From: Octopus bimaculoides
Lineage: Eukaryota
Direction: 5' to 3'
Assembly (NCBI RefSeq): GCF_001194135.2
Contig: NC_068981.1
Span: 38,359,615 to 38,423,614 of the forward strand
DNA: 64,000 nt
A program made the translations under genes and the position numbers. A model generated the notes under the pieces. That model saw only the letters and a list, made by a program, of their open reading frames with translations. It was not told where the DNA came from and ran no database searches. Shown here piece by piece: positions 39,342 to 52,392 of the stretch; position 1 is the first letter of the stretch, and every line of letters starts with the position of its first letter.

Positions 39342-40170
39342 CAGGGTATTTGGGATAAATTTGATAATCTGTATAAAAAGAAAAGAAAATACAATACTCT
39401 CCAAAAATAAAGGTATCTTAAATGATCAAAAAATATCAACTAGTTGATGGCTGGCAGATATCAGTTTACTCAGTGTAGCTGCCTTTAGCTTCCACCACAG
39501 CCTAACGATGCATGCATTCTTCACTGTGTCTCTGAGATGATTATCTAACACCTTCTCAATTTTGGCCACCAGCTTGGTTTTAGTGTTGCAAACAATGTTG
39601 TTGGTATCTTTGTCAACTGTGACCAACACATAATAATCGATTGGATTACAAATGGAAGAATTAGGACACCAGAAATTGGGACTGGTGAAGTCATAAATTT
39701 TTCAACAACCACTTGTTTCTTTGTGGAGCTATGGCCTTCCAGCATCAACCAGAGATTGACCAGAGTCAGCAGCAGTTTCCCCTAACCATCTCAATTGAGC
39801 CTGTTCGTTAGTTATTTGATCAATTCCAGTGTGTATACATAGAACACCTGCTGTGTCCTTTCTTGCTGGCCATGGCTTTGTAGTCTCTGTTACAGCTGTC
39901 CATATCCTGTCTTACAGCATTTACAGTGTTCACAGAGCATTGAGTAGCAGTCATAATATCAGCATTTTGATACACAGTATGAATCGTCATGATACAGGTA
40001 ACACTTTCCCAATATTCAGATGGCTTCCAGTCTTTCATGTCAGCCAACTTTTTCTCAACTAAAACTATAATCTTTATGCTCACCAATGCTGTTGACTATC
40101 CATTAATGCATCAAGCAGTTCCTGAGAAAAGGAGACATGAAAAATTGTCAAATTTAGTTTGAATTCCCAG
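39342..40170 (-). mobile_element. Internally deleted Tc1/mariner element (maT/DD37D-like) with TIRs and TA flanks
   Basis: SPNFWCPNSSICNPIDYYVLVTVDKDTN...KTKLVAKIEKV resembles WPPNSPDxNPLDY. Ends cagggtatttgggataaatttgataat / attgtcaaatttagtttgaattcccag are imperfect inverted repeats, each abutting TA. Confidence 0.75.
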
Positions 40171-40641
40171 TATGTATGTATGTATACACACACACACACA
40201 CACACACACACATAAAGAATGGGCTGCTTTCAGTTTCTATTTGCTGAATCTTCTCACAAGGCTTTAGTCAGCCAGTGGCTATAGTAGAAGATACTTCCCA
40301 AAGGTGGTGCATAGTGGGAATATATAAATTTGTATTGAAGGTTGTGTAGGGGAATTCCTATGTATCTGCATAGAATCAGGGTTCAGATGTTGCAAAAAAT
40401 GTTGGCATTACAAAGGGCATCCAGCCATAGAAACCAAGCCAAAACACACAGGTGCCTGGTGCCTGGTGCAGTTTCGTTCAAACCATCCAACCCATGCCAG
40501 CATGGGAAAAAGATGTTATATGATGATGACGATGATGATGATGACAATGATGTTCTTTTTTGAAGATGGACTGGGGTATTTTGTAAAGTATTCAGTAATT
40601 ATTATATAATATTTACTTATTATTTAAGAGTGATTTTACAG

Positions 40642-40695
40642 TTAATTTTAAAGGTTTTCAAAACTAATCCAATTTTGAATGCTATGATTTCACCT
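40642..40695 (+). CDS. Possible isolated coding exon (54 nt, phase 0-0), unidentified
   Basis: attttacag acceptor, GTAAGT donor, single open frame LILKVFKTNPILNAMISP. Confidence 0.2.
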
Positions 40696-41219
40696 GTAAG
40701 TGCATGATTTAACCATTTTGAGAGAGATGCAGATTTTAGACTCAAGAAGTATTTTTTCAGAGCTTGCAACTTCAATAGGGGTACTTGAATTTGCTTACAA
40801 TATTGGGTACTCTGAAGGGTTCCTCTAGTCTAGAGTTTCAGGACCAGTAGCATTCACTCAGTGAATGTTTACATAATAGTTTTGTGTTTACATAATAGTC
40901 TATTAGAACAATTCTGTATTTGGGGATGCTATGCATCATTTTAGTGTAACATGGTTTTAAGATTTGTTTATTGGTTTTGTAGAACAAGAGAAATTGTTCT
41001 TATAGCAAATCATTTTGTGTACTTATGATAAAAGATTGTTTCATTTGTGGCTCATTTTTTAATGGTTATTTATGTAAGAAGACAGGTCTCTATTTAAAAA
41101 TTTACACCCACACCTCATTGCATAGAAATTTCCAAGTGTAATATAAATAAAAATGACATTGTTTAAATACATTGGACCTCACGAAAGCAAAGTCGCTGAG
41201 TTCATTTCAAGTGTTGGGC

Positions 41220-41522
41220 CTCAAAGAACCACTGACTTAGACCTTTGGCATTATGTTGTGCTTGAGAAGAAGACTCATCAAGCTGAGCAACATCACAGTC
41301 ATGGCAGATACCAGTGTCACACAAATAGCACCCATGCTGGTAGCATGTAAAAGCACCTATTACACTCTCAGAGTAGTCAGTATTAGGAAGGGCATCCAGC
41401 CATAGAAAACCATGCCAAATCAGACTGGAGTGTGGTGCAGCTTTCCAGCTTACCAGCCCTGGTCAAACCATCCAACCCATGCCAACATGGACAATGAATG
41501 TTAAATGATGATGATGATGATT
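41220..41522 (+). mobile_element. RTE 3' end/tail with (GAT)n
   Basis: gtgcttgagaagaagactcatcaag...aggaagggcatccagccatagaaaacc...gatgatgatgatga. Confidence 0.8.
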
Positions 41523-41802
41523 GCTTAGATACCAGGAAACTGAAAAATAACAAATATCAATTGTCTAATTCTAGAAAATGTTCAAATGAATCAGATTTTC
41601 AGAAACTCCCATTTAGATGCTGATGGAATTTTTGTTGCAAAATGTGAGTAGCATGTATTTTTAATGGTTTAATCTTTAAGAAGGGTTTGTATACCCCACT
41701 GACAGCTCTACCACAGCAATAAGATAGATATAGTGGAAGTTCTTGAACAACTTCAAGGAAAAAGTAAATATAAGCAGAGAGTGAATCCTTGAGATTTTCA
41801 TT

Positions 41803-42104
41803 CTGGTGAGGAAGGACCGAGTATAGTGATTAGAGTGAGGCATGGAGGAGTAAGTTAAATATTCTATGGGTGATGAGAGGAGAAGAGAGCAGTACGTTGG
41901 CTATGTAGAGATGTGCTGGTGCAGCTACTGCTGCTGCTGTTTCCCCTCTTATTTCCTCCTCTGACTTTCTGGTTTCATTACATCTCTACATAGCCAACGT
42001 ACTGCTCTCTTCTCCTCTCATCACCCATAGAATATTTAACTTACTCCTCCATGCCTCACTCTAATCACTATACTCGGTCCTTCCTCACCAGTAGCTGCAC
42101 CAGC
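41803..42104. repeat. Perfect 112-bp inverted repeat (41803-41914 / 41980-42091) with an extra permuted 13-16 bp inverted piece
   Basis: Base-by-base reverse-complement match over 112 bp; 41915-41930 is also the reverse complement of 42089-42104. Confidence 0.95.
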
Positions 42105-43436
42105 AGTAGCAGCAGCACCAGTAAGAAAGGCAATTTGAGAAGACATCCATCTAGCAGGAGATGTTGTAGTGTGTTAGCAAGCTTCTATGAATTCGTTAGG
42201 TGGCCTTTTGTAGAGGATTTAGTCTAAGATGTATAAAAGCAGTTCTGACCAGAGTGCATTCTATTGTGGGTCTCACTTGAGCTTTATAGACAGTTAGAAA
42301 CTGTTGATAGCTGAAGTATTTATAGGCCTTAAAAAGGAAAACCTGTTTCTGAGATGCAATTTTTAATTATATTTTTGATGTGAGATGTGAGTTGTCCATA
42401 ACTAAGTTGGGGGTATAAGATGATGTCCTTGATATATTCAGTGATTCTGACTTTGAGAGAAGATAAAGTATTGAGATAGATTGAACAAGAAAAGAAATAC
42501 TGAAATAGCTTTAAACAGGAGAATGCACCAGTAAAGTAAAGCAATAAGGCAATTGAATCAAAGGAGAAATTACCCTTAGTAAAATTGGTGATGACCTGTA
42601 GTAATATGTAAGGTCAAGTCTACATTACTACTTATTGAAAACAGTCAGCAAGAAAATGATTGCAGAGATAATATATGCTGTGAAAAATGTAGTAAGCAAG
42701 AGCAATCAATGTAAGTGAAAAAGTGAACTACAATAGTCTGAAGAGAAACAAAACTAAAAAGTTGAATAAAAACTTTAAGGCAACTGACTGTCTTGACAGG
42801 AAATGGAAGAGACATAGAAATTGAAGATGAGTAAGATATAATGAAATTGTAGTCTTGAAAGATCTAAGAAAAGTTACTGAATGCAAACTACTGACAGTTT
42901 GGGAAATAAAAAAAAAAACTGACTACATAAGTTGAGATATATAAAAATATCATTGGAAGAAATAAGTAACAGCAAGATAAATAATACTAATTTGATGCAG
43001 TTTGAGACATCCATTGTCAAGCTTGGACAATTCTGTGCAAAATAAAAATAAATAAATGAGGGAACAACATTTAGATAGAGAGATATATACTAAGGTGCAT
43101 TTGATGTAATAAACTAATTATTGAAAGAAGAAGATGTAATAAACAAAGTCAAAATCCTATGAATACATGCAAACTTGTGATCAGAACTACACTGTTACAG
43201 ATAAGAACATTAAAATCTTGAGTTGAAACTAAATTATTTCTACACAAGTAGCAGTTCAATTCTAGTCTATATAATTATGTGTGTGTGTGTGTATGTATTC
43301 ACACATATGTATGTATATATATATGTGTGTGTGTGTGTCTGTACTGTGTGAATGTAAATATATATGTGTGTGTGTGTGTATGAATATGTATGTATCATCA
43401 TCATCGTTTAACGTCCGCTTTCCATACTAGCATGGG

Positions 43437-43498
<62 letters not shown>

Positions 43499-44019
43499 GA
43501 GTGTGTGTGTGTGCATGTATACATATATATATGTATATATATGTTTGTGTGTGTATAAAATATGCATACATACATACATACATATATATATGCAAACACA
43601 CACATATAAGTGTCTGTCTGTATGTAAATATGTGTGTTGTGTCTATGTGTATACACACACATGCATACACACACATGCATAAACACACATACTTAGGCAG
43701 ACAATTTCATTATGCAAATTATGTGTAAATCAAGAGCCATGACACAAAATAAACAAATGAATCTTGACATATTGTATACAGGTGATGGTGAATAGGATGA
43801 AGAGATAGGAAAAACATTCTAGTTTGGTGTAGGTGCCATTTACATTATTCTTGTTAGGTAGGTCTCATTTGCTTTAAATGGTTATATTTGATGTAAAAAA
43901 ACAAAATCAAGGTATTAGGTTTTACATTATTTTTTAGGGAAATTCATGCACGTGCGCAAACACTGGTGTAAGCAGTTAGATTTTCACGTGTGTGTACAAA
44001 CGTATGTATATGTAATATA

Positions 44020-44050
<31 letters not shown>

Positions 44051-44072
44051 CTATATATATATATATATACAC

Positions 44073-44103
<31 letters not shown>

Positions 44104-44114
44104 CATACAACACC

Positions 44115-44179
44115 NNNNNNNNNNNNNNNNNNNNNNNNNNNNNNNNNNNNNNNNNNNNNNNNNNNNNNNNNNNNNNNNN
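44115..44179. other. Assembly gap within a (TA)n microsatellite
   Basis: 65 Ns; tatacatacaacacc occurs on both sides. Confidence 0.95.
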
Positions 44180-44235
<56 letters not shown>

Positions 44236-44994
44236 GTATATATACATACAACACCTGTCTGTGTTCAGATTGTCTTTGCACAGGGGCCATCTAGACTTCC
44301 GCCTTCATCATGAACAGGAATTAATTTTCTTTCTTCCCTCCTTTGTGCCACATGGGCTCAACTCCCCTCCTCTCCTCTCTTCATTGATACCCTCTTCCAT
44401 TATCACCGCATCCCACATATCCCACTCCCACATACCCCACCCTACCACCATACCCATACATCCCCACCCACCTACACATCCTTACCCCGTCCTACACCCT
44501 ACAGCCACCTTCTCACTCCACACCTGCACTCCAGCCCCCAAAGATGGCATAACTATTTTATTATCTGTCATAGGTCATTGAATGCACACGATAATGTAAT
44601 TCCTCCTCCATATGAATTCTCCATTGCAAGTACTGTATTTGAAACCAGCTCTCAAATTCTCTTTAAAATTTCTTGTATGGCTTTTACCCACTTCTTCAAA
44701 GCTGCTTTCACATCATCTGCACCATCAAATTATTTTCTTTGAAGACCCTTCTTCGTTTGACTGAACAAGCTGAAGTGAGTGGTGGGGTACTAGATTTGGA
44801 CTGTATAGAGAATGGATGCTACAGACCAGCCATTTTGCTGATTGCTTGATTTGTTGCCAAAAATAAAAACATGTGTGGGTGTGCATTGACATGCTGAATA
44901 TGGATCATTATCAGATTCCTGTTCAGTCGCTTCCTCCCAGTGGCTTCTCTAAGGCTTTTGAGCATCTCAGTGCACTGCTTGTTGTTCATGGTAC

Positions 44995-45280
44995 TGGCAA
45001 CGGCCTCACTCAAAATGGTGTTTTTTTACGTGCCACCTGCACAGGAGCCAGTCTAGCAGCACTGGCAATGACCTCGCTCGAATGATTCACTAACGTGCCA
45101 CCAGCACAAATGCTAGAAGGCGACGCTGATAACGATTACACTCAAATGGTGTTATTTACGGACCACTAGCATGGAAGCCAGACAGCTGCTCTGGCAATGA
45201 ACATGCTCGGACAGTGCTGTTAGTGCTCTACTGGTGCAGGTGCCAGTCATCGAATATGGTTCAATTTCGATTCACTCACT
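44995..45280 (-). mobile_element. RTE 3' UTR fragment
   Basis: aaatggtgtttttttacgtgccacctgcacaggagccagtc, same as ~35890-35930. Confidence 0.7.
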
Positions 45281-46469
45281 GGCAATCTGTGTCAGGAGTT
45301 GGAGTTGTTGGTCTCCTGTAGTCTGTTTTGTCAACAATACTTGTTCTCCTTTACCACTTCCTTAAATGTCATTTATTTGTACACACTGTTTTAATCAATA
45401 GTGTCATTTACTTCAAACAACTTGTAACTTTTTGTGGATATCTGATAGACAGCAATATACTACAATTTACACTACTGCACATTTTGCAACTACTAAGCTC
45501 CATACTCAAGAAGAACCAAAAATATATAAAAGACTTGGAAAACTAAAAGCTTTACTGTCTGACAAACCTAACAATGATGTAACTTCAAAGTCTCTGTCAA
45601 CATATTACATGCAAAAATTAATGTGATATTTTATTCATAGATTGACTAGTTTTTAGTAAATATCTGGTAGATCTTTTTTCTATATAACTAAGCATAAAAA
45701 CACATGTGCCTGTGCAAACACATACAAGCTCATACATGCATACAGTGAAAATTTTACATACAAGAAAGATTAGAGAATAAATAAAAATAGTAAAAGTGAT
45801 ACGAATTACCAACATGGAGGGACAAAAAAAATAAATATTCAGGGAAAGGAATTATTCAATTTCATGATCATGGTAGGTTTTCACTGTGTAACTAGATGCG
45901 TGCAGCTTTTGATTTGTTTGACTCATATTTTGTCTTTGTTGATAGTTCTCTGTGTGTATGGTCTACATTTAATGCAGTTAAACAACAATATCTAGATAAT
46001 TGAAAAAAAAAGCAATTACTGATTAAACTATTGTTACAAAGTATACATATCCAAAATCTGGTCACAGCAGAGAAAAGAATGTATTTTTTCCTTTAGTACG
46101 AAAATTATTGAATTTTGACTTAAAACTACAAAGTTTTGAATGAAATATTCTGAAGACTAATTATATTTTCCAAATCATATGTAACACACCTCTCCAAAAA
46201 ACAACAAAAAAAAAAGTTAGAGTTATAATGAACATAAGAAATCAAATGAAACTTATTTAAACAAGTATTTCAAAGTATTATAGACTACAAAAGTAGGAAG
46301 GTGAATAAAATAGTCACGATATATATAGATAAAGAATTTAAAAAGTGAGACAAAGGTTAATTTGATTAATAAAATATAATAAACTTTGGAGTTTGTTGTG
46401 GTAGTGAATAATCAATAGTTAATACAAAACATGAGAAAATTATATATTTTAGTTTCTACTAATACAATG

Positions 46470-47175
46470 ATATCTTATCATTACTCATCTCAGTCACTGG
46501 AATGTGGTTATTCTGGGGCACTGTCCTAAGGGTTTTTTTCTCAAACAAATTGATCCCAGTGCTTATTTGTTTTTATGAGCCTGATATCAGTCTCTTTTGG
46601 CCAAACTGCTGAATTACAGGGATGTAAAGAGACTTAAACTAGTTGTCAGACATAATGGGAGACAAACATAAATAAAGATACACATAAGCACAGGCATGGC
46701 TATGTTGTAAGAAGCTTGTTTCCCAAACACATGGTTCTGGGTTCAGTCCTACAGTATGGCACCTAGAGCAAGTGTCTTCTACTATAGCCTTGGGCCAACC
46801 AAAACCTTTTGAGTGGATTTGGTATACAGAAACTGAAAGAAGCCCGTCGTGTGTGTGTGTGTGTGTGTTTGTACGTCTATGTTCATCACCCACCATTGCT
46901 TGACAACCAATGTTGGAGTGTTTATGTCCCCATAACTTAGCGATTTAGCAAAAGAGTCTGATAAAATAAGCAATACAAGGAATAAAAGAATAAAGAATAA
47001 ATAAAGATACACACACACACATGATGAGCTTCTTTTAGTTTCCATATTCCAAATCCACTTACAAGGCTTTGGTAAGCCTGGAGCAGTAGAAGAAGATATT
47101 TGCTCAAGGTGCTGTTCAGTGGGATTGAACCCAAGACCATATGGTAGAGAAGCAAGCTTCTTAACCACACAATTC
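46470..47175. mobile_element. Nested family-A SINEs: a plus-strand copy (~46690-46975) inside a minus-strand copy (body ~46470-46670, head ~47010-47175)
   Basis: Head motif gaagcttgtttcccaaacacatggttctgggttcagtcc on plus, and its reverse complement gggattgaacccaagaccatatgg...gcaagcttc downstream. Confidence 0.75.
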
Positions 47176-47525
47176 AGCCTAAAAAACATCAGTAACTCAA
47201 AATAAACACAACCATGACATCAACACTATGCCAGCCTATGAGGATAAAAACTGGCTGTACACAGAACTGAATGTTTACCAGCATCTTATAGATTTCACTC
47301 ACAACAAAGTTGATGTTTTGCTTTTCGTTTCTATTGGAACACACTTTAATAAATCAGTTTTACTCCCTCCCAGTCAAAATTAGTGTGTGATTAATAAGTT
47401 TCCTTTCAGGACATATGCTTCTGATTTCAACTCCATTAAGCATTTTTCTAAAGGCTGGGTTGCATAGTAGTTGGGAAAGAGAAACTGTGGAAGCTAATTG
47501 TAAATATTTGTGTGTGTGTGCATGA

Positions 47526-47557
<32 letters not shown>

Positions 47558-47844
47558 ATGTGTGTGTGTGAATGCGTGCATGCGTGTGTGTGTGTGTGTA
47601 TGTGTGTGTGTGTGTGTGAATTATCTGTTGATGTATATCAGTAAATAATATTTAAAAAATCACTGAGGAAACCAAAATGTAACTGCATTTTGAATGAGGC
47701 TTCTTGCAGTATTTGTGATATACCAAGTAACAGGCATTCCTTTGTCACTTCTGTTATCAGGAATGCAGTGAACCAATCATTGGCTCAATGGAATCCTGCA
47801 ACCAATGACAATATTCTTTGACAAATATGATGTAAAATATATAA

Positions 47845-47894
<50 letters not shown>

Positions 47895-48369
47895 CAGTAT
47901 TATCTAAGCCAATGAAAAGAGAGAAAATGTACACCATTTGGGATTTACAGTTTGAAGTATTTATTCCAGTTAAATGTTTATCAACAGAAGTAACCTCATG
48001 CATTTACATATTGCACTTGTATTTTTGAAAAGTTTATGATTGATTTTTTTTTTATAGCTAAAAGGAACAAAAAGTTACATGTAGATCTTATTTCTGGTTC
48101 CAGAGATAACATTAGTTTCATCAAGTGTAAATTTTTATCACAGAAATGAAAATATTATTGTTAAAAGTAGTATAGAACTCTATATTCTTTTCTTTCATAA
48201 CCAAATCAGAATTATAGAAAGTTAGATTTGAATGTGATTTAAGATGTTTTATATAAATAAAGTTTAACATTGTATAATTTTAAATGCTGAAATTGCAACA
48301 GTAAGCAATATGTACATTGTCATAGAAATATTCCACAAGCAGAAATGGTTACACTTTTTAATATGGGCA

Positions 48370-48775
48370 TATATATGGCAGCAAGCAGGAAGAATCATTA
48401 GCATGCCAGACAAAGTAGTTCATGACATTTCATCCATTTTTATGTTCTAAGTTCAAATTCTGCTATGGTCAAATTTTTCCATTTGTCATTTTGGGGTCAA
48501 TAGAATAAGTACCAGTGAAGCACTTGGGGTCAATGTAAATAATCAGCCTCTTCCCCAAAAAATGTCAGGCTTTGTGCCTAAAGCAGAAAATAAAGAGGAA
48601 TATAGGCCTACATAAACATGGGCAGAGGTACAGCAGTGTGGTAAGATGTTCATTTCCTAACCACATGCTTCTGGGTTCAGTCGAATTGCATGGCACCCTG
48701 GGCAAGTATCTTCTACTATAGCCCTGGGGTTGACCAAAGCTTTGTGAGTGGATCTGGTAGATGGAAACTCGTTGT
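48370..48775 (+). mobile_element. Adjacent SINE family B (~48370-48600) and family A head (~48620-48775)
   Basis: ggcagcaagcaggaagaatcattagcatgcc...ttcaaattc; gtgtggtaagatg...gggttcagtc...accctgggcaagtatcttctactatagcc. Confidence 0.7.
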
Positions 48776-48904
48776 ATGTGAGTGTGTGCATGTATGTATG
48801 TTTTATTTCAAGATTTCTTGCTGTTGTAGAAAGAACCAGTTTTTAACCTAGAAACAAGACTCCTTCATTGGAGTTTCAGCAACATCTACATGGTAGCTAT
48901 GAAC

Positions 48905-49665
48905 GTATGTATGTATATGTGCAAGTGTTTGGCATCAGTAAATGAGCAGATCTGCATTTTGTTTTATGTTCAAGTACTCATACATAAAGTTACATGCCAA
49001 GACATCCTACATACTTGTAAAGAGGTAAAGTTTTACATATATATGCATGAGTACTTGTATGTAAAGCTTTACAACATATTTTACATATTTATATGCTAAA
49101 CATTGCATATTTTGATACTTCCTTTGATGGCTTGAGACCGTAGTTTTCTAATTAGCTTCCTCTTTTCTGATTTTGAAAATCCTACTTTCTAAAGATTAGT
49201 ACTGACCCAGTGGGTTACATATCCAAATGACACCAAAATTATGGGTGTATATCTAAACTTATTTTCTACGGGGTGCATTTATAAATTTCTCAATAGTTCA
49301 ATAAAGGTGTTTTCTTTTTTATTGATTTTCAACTTTATGCTGATATCTGCAATTAACTTCGCCTACTGTACATGGTTTCGCTTCCTTGTCTCAAATCACT
49401 ATTTCTGGTCTATTTTGTTATATTTTATTAAGGTTTTCACAGGGACATTCCACCAGTATTCTATGATATTATGAGTGCTTATGGTCTCATACAAACTGTA
49501 GGTTCTTATATCTTTGTTCTCAGCATTATCCTTCTGGCTGATGTCATAGTACAGTATCTTGGCCATAACATTATGTCTCATCAGTTAATAATAACACAAT
49601 GACATTCCCAGACAACTGCTTATGACTTAGATGATTGTCTCAGCATTATTTAGAAATATATCATC
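48905..49665 (-). mobile_element. 5'-truncated R4/Dong-like REL LINE 3' fragment bordered by (TATG)n/(CATA)n
   Basis: VISSCLGMS..RHNVMAK; YWWNVPVKTL; ADISIKLKINKKENTFIELLRNL; FRYTPIILVSFGYVTH; KLIRKLRSQAIKGSIKIC; 3' UTR ends catatacatacatac. Confidence 0.7.
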
Positions 49666-49722
49666 ATAAATGTATGTATGTATGTATGTATGTATGTATG
49701 TATGTATGTATGTATGTATGTA

Positions 49723-50085
49723 CCGTGCCTCAGTAAAGCTGGGCTTATGAGTCATCTTCGTAGTCATAAAGCAAGACCGATGATTGACTACCAGGCTGCT
49801 GGTGATGATGCTACACACCATACTAATCATGTCTGTCGGGCATGTGGAAGGGAGTGTGATTCAGCAGGAGGACTTAAACGACATGCAAAGGTACATGGAA
49901 CCCAATTACAACAACAGCCAGCTATTGCCAGTAAAGGTTTTGGATGCCAACTCTGTGCAAGACATTGTAGATTTTTGGCTGGGCTAAAAAGTCACATTCG
50001 ATCACAGCACCATTAAGTTAAGCTTCATGCAATGGCCATACTTGATAACGAGGGGGCAGCCATCATGTATGTATGTATGTATGTA
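49723..50085 (+). mobile_element. RTE-like LINE 3' end encoding three C2H2-type zinc fingers (first truncated), with (ATGT)n tail
   Basis: CLSKAGLMSHLRSH; CRACGRECDSAGGLKRHAKVH; CQLCARHCRFLAGLKSHIRSQHH, stop at 50016; short UTR ccatacttgataacgagggggcagccatc then (ATGT)n; no TGEKP linkers. Confidence 0.65.
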
Positions 50086-52392
50086 CATATGTACATACAT
50101 ACATACCTGCATATATGTATACATACATACATACACACACACATACATACATACATACATACATACATACTTACACGCATACATACATACATACATACAT
50201 ACATATGTGTGTGTGTAAATACATGCACACTTAAACCACAAAATAAAGCTGTTGGAATACTGAACTAAGTCCTTTATGCACAAATTAAACTGTTGACTAA
50301 CAAAGCAAATGCTTTCAATATGTGTCATTGTTTTGTTTTTCTATAGTTTTCTTTTGTTGCTTTTTTTGTAAATTAAGTTTAATGCGCTAATAAACCTTTT
50401 CATATAAACCAGTTTAAAGTTATGCAATGAAAAATGCAGCGTAACATGTCACAGCAAATTTTAGAAAATCTATCTTTATAATTGCATAGTATAAACAAAT
50501 ATAATGACAGAGCTATCCATATACAAGAAAGGAATATTTTTACAAACTTGATAACCAATTATAGTTCAGATCAGTTTAGGAGAGAAAGACAAAAAAATAA
50601 TGTTACGTTTGAATAATTAAATTCAGCAAAATTTTAGGCCAACAGACAATGGGAAAATTAAAATGTAGTGATTTAATAATAGAGTAGATAATAAGGATTT
50701 ACTACTAGAAGAGTTAAGACTAAAGCCATTGTGATGAAACTTAATTTGCTCAGAAGGGCTTCATTACACATGACTTGGTATCAAAATGTAGAAAGAATTC
50801 CAGTGTGTTCTCTTTACTAAACAAGAATTTCTCTTCAATGTTACTTTCTCTACATTGTTTCTTTTTATAGTTTATGCAACTAACGTCAAGTCATTACTTT
50901 CATACAAATTATTGCATCTCTGTCTAATGATTTTTCTTTCAATCCTATATTTTGTCCTTCTCTTTCTCTTTACACTTCAATCACAACACAGCAGACTTCA
51001 CTTTCTAATGTTCTAATTCCTATCCAGTTGTCATTTTCTCCCTTATTTATTTTCTTTTGTTATTCTTTTCTTTCTTTAACCTTTCTTAAGCTGTTTCTTT
51101 TCTTCCTGTCAACACTGATTGGCTGACATCAGTGAGGATGCTCTCAAGCAAGTCCCAATTAAGGATCTACTTAATTAGAGTGAACCAGCAAACAAAAATA
51201 TGACTTGTATGTAGGAAAAGAGATGTGATGAATACTGTCGAAGGAGGGATTGAGAACTGAAGATGAGAAACAAGGAGGAGGTTCATTAACAGCATTTTCT
51301 ATCTGCTATTATCACACTTGCCACCATCCCCCAAGCCTGTTAGATGACAGACATTAACATGCTTGACAAGTTAGCCTAGTAGTTTACATTTACTTTCTTC
51401 TTTGGAAAGAATACTTTTCAAAATCTGATTAAGCTAACAAAGAGGTAAAGGATGTAGTAATGTAACAAACATAAGGAATCCTGCAAATATATTCAATGTG
51501 AATGATGTGCAAGTGTGTTTCAGTAGGCGTATATGAAGGGCTTACATGCTATAGTGTAAGAATGTGTTAAGTTTATATAAGTTCATTTAAGAGCCTACTT
51601 AAGAGATACAAGTGTATTATGAAAAAGTATGTGAAAATGTGTGAGGTTCTACATATTCCAATGAACCTTGTATAATTCAATATACACCAGTTACCATGAT
51701 TATGGGAGGAGTGAAAGCTGGTTACATAGTTCTCAAAAATTTGTATTTTGACATTAGCACAACAAATATTCTGTAATATATGATAAATTCTTGGAGATTG
51801 AGATCAGTTTGAAGTATGTGTGAATCAACTTTATGTACATAATAGGAATATCTACAGGCATATGTGCTACATGTGCATTTTATAATATGGACTGTATGAA
51901 TGTACACCTTTTTTGCTTATGTTGTTGATTTGATGCATGTCAGATCTGATCAGACAGACCCTTGATGAAAGCTAGTCAAGCCTTTGATTAAGGTATTATG
52001 TATCCAGTTGTTCACTATTATTGAAATACAAGTCTTCCTTTTTAAAACAATAGTATATGATTTGAAGGACGTTCAACTGCTCTTACACGGTGTTTGACCA
52101 ACTATATAGTAGCTTCCTCTTTAGCTTGATTATGCAAGTTAAAACGAATTTGTGTAACGGAAAATATGATAAATGAACATTAAGAACATTATTAATATTA
52201 CAAAAATGAAAATTTAAGCACTTGCTTTTCATGTCTCCTGTAAAATAATGTTCTAAAGTTTATACACCAGAAGGGTCGTCAACATAATTCTATCAGTAGT
52301 ATAATATGAAAAATTTTATCATTTAAAGATATAAAAACAAAATTAAACAAATAGATGACAGAAAAGATTATTATCATTATTATTATTATTAT

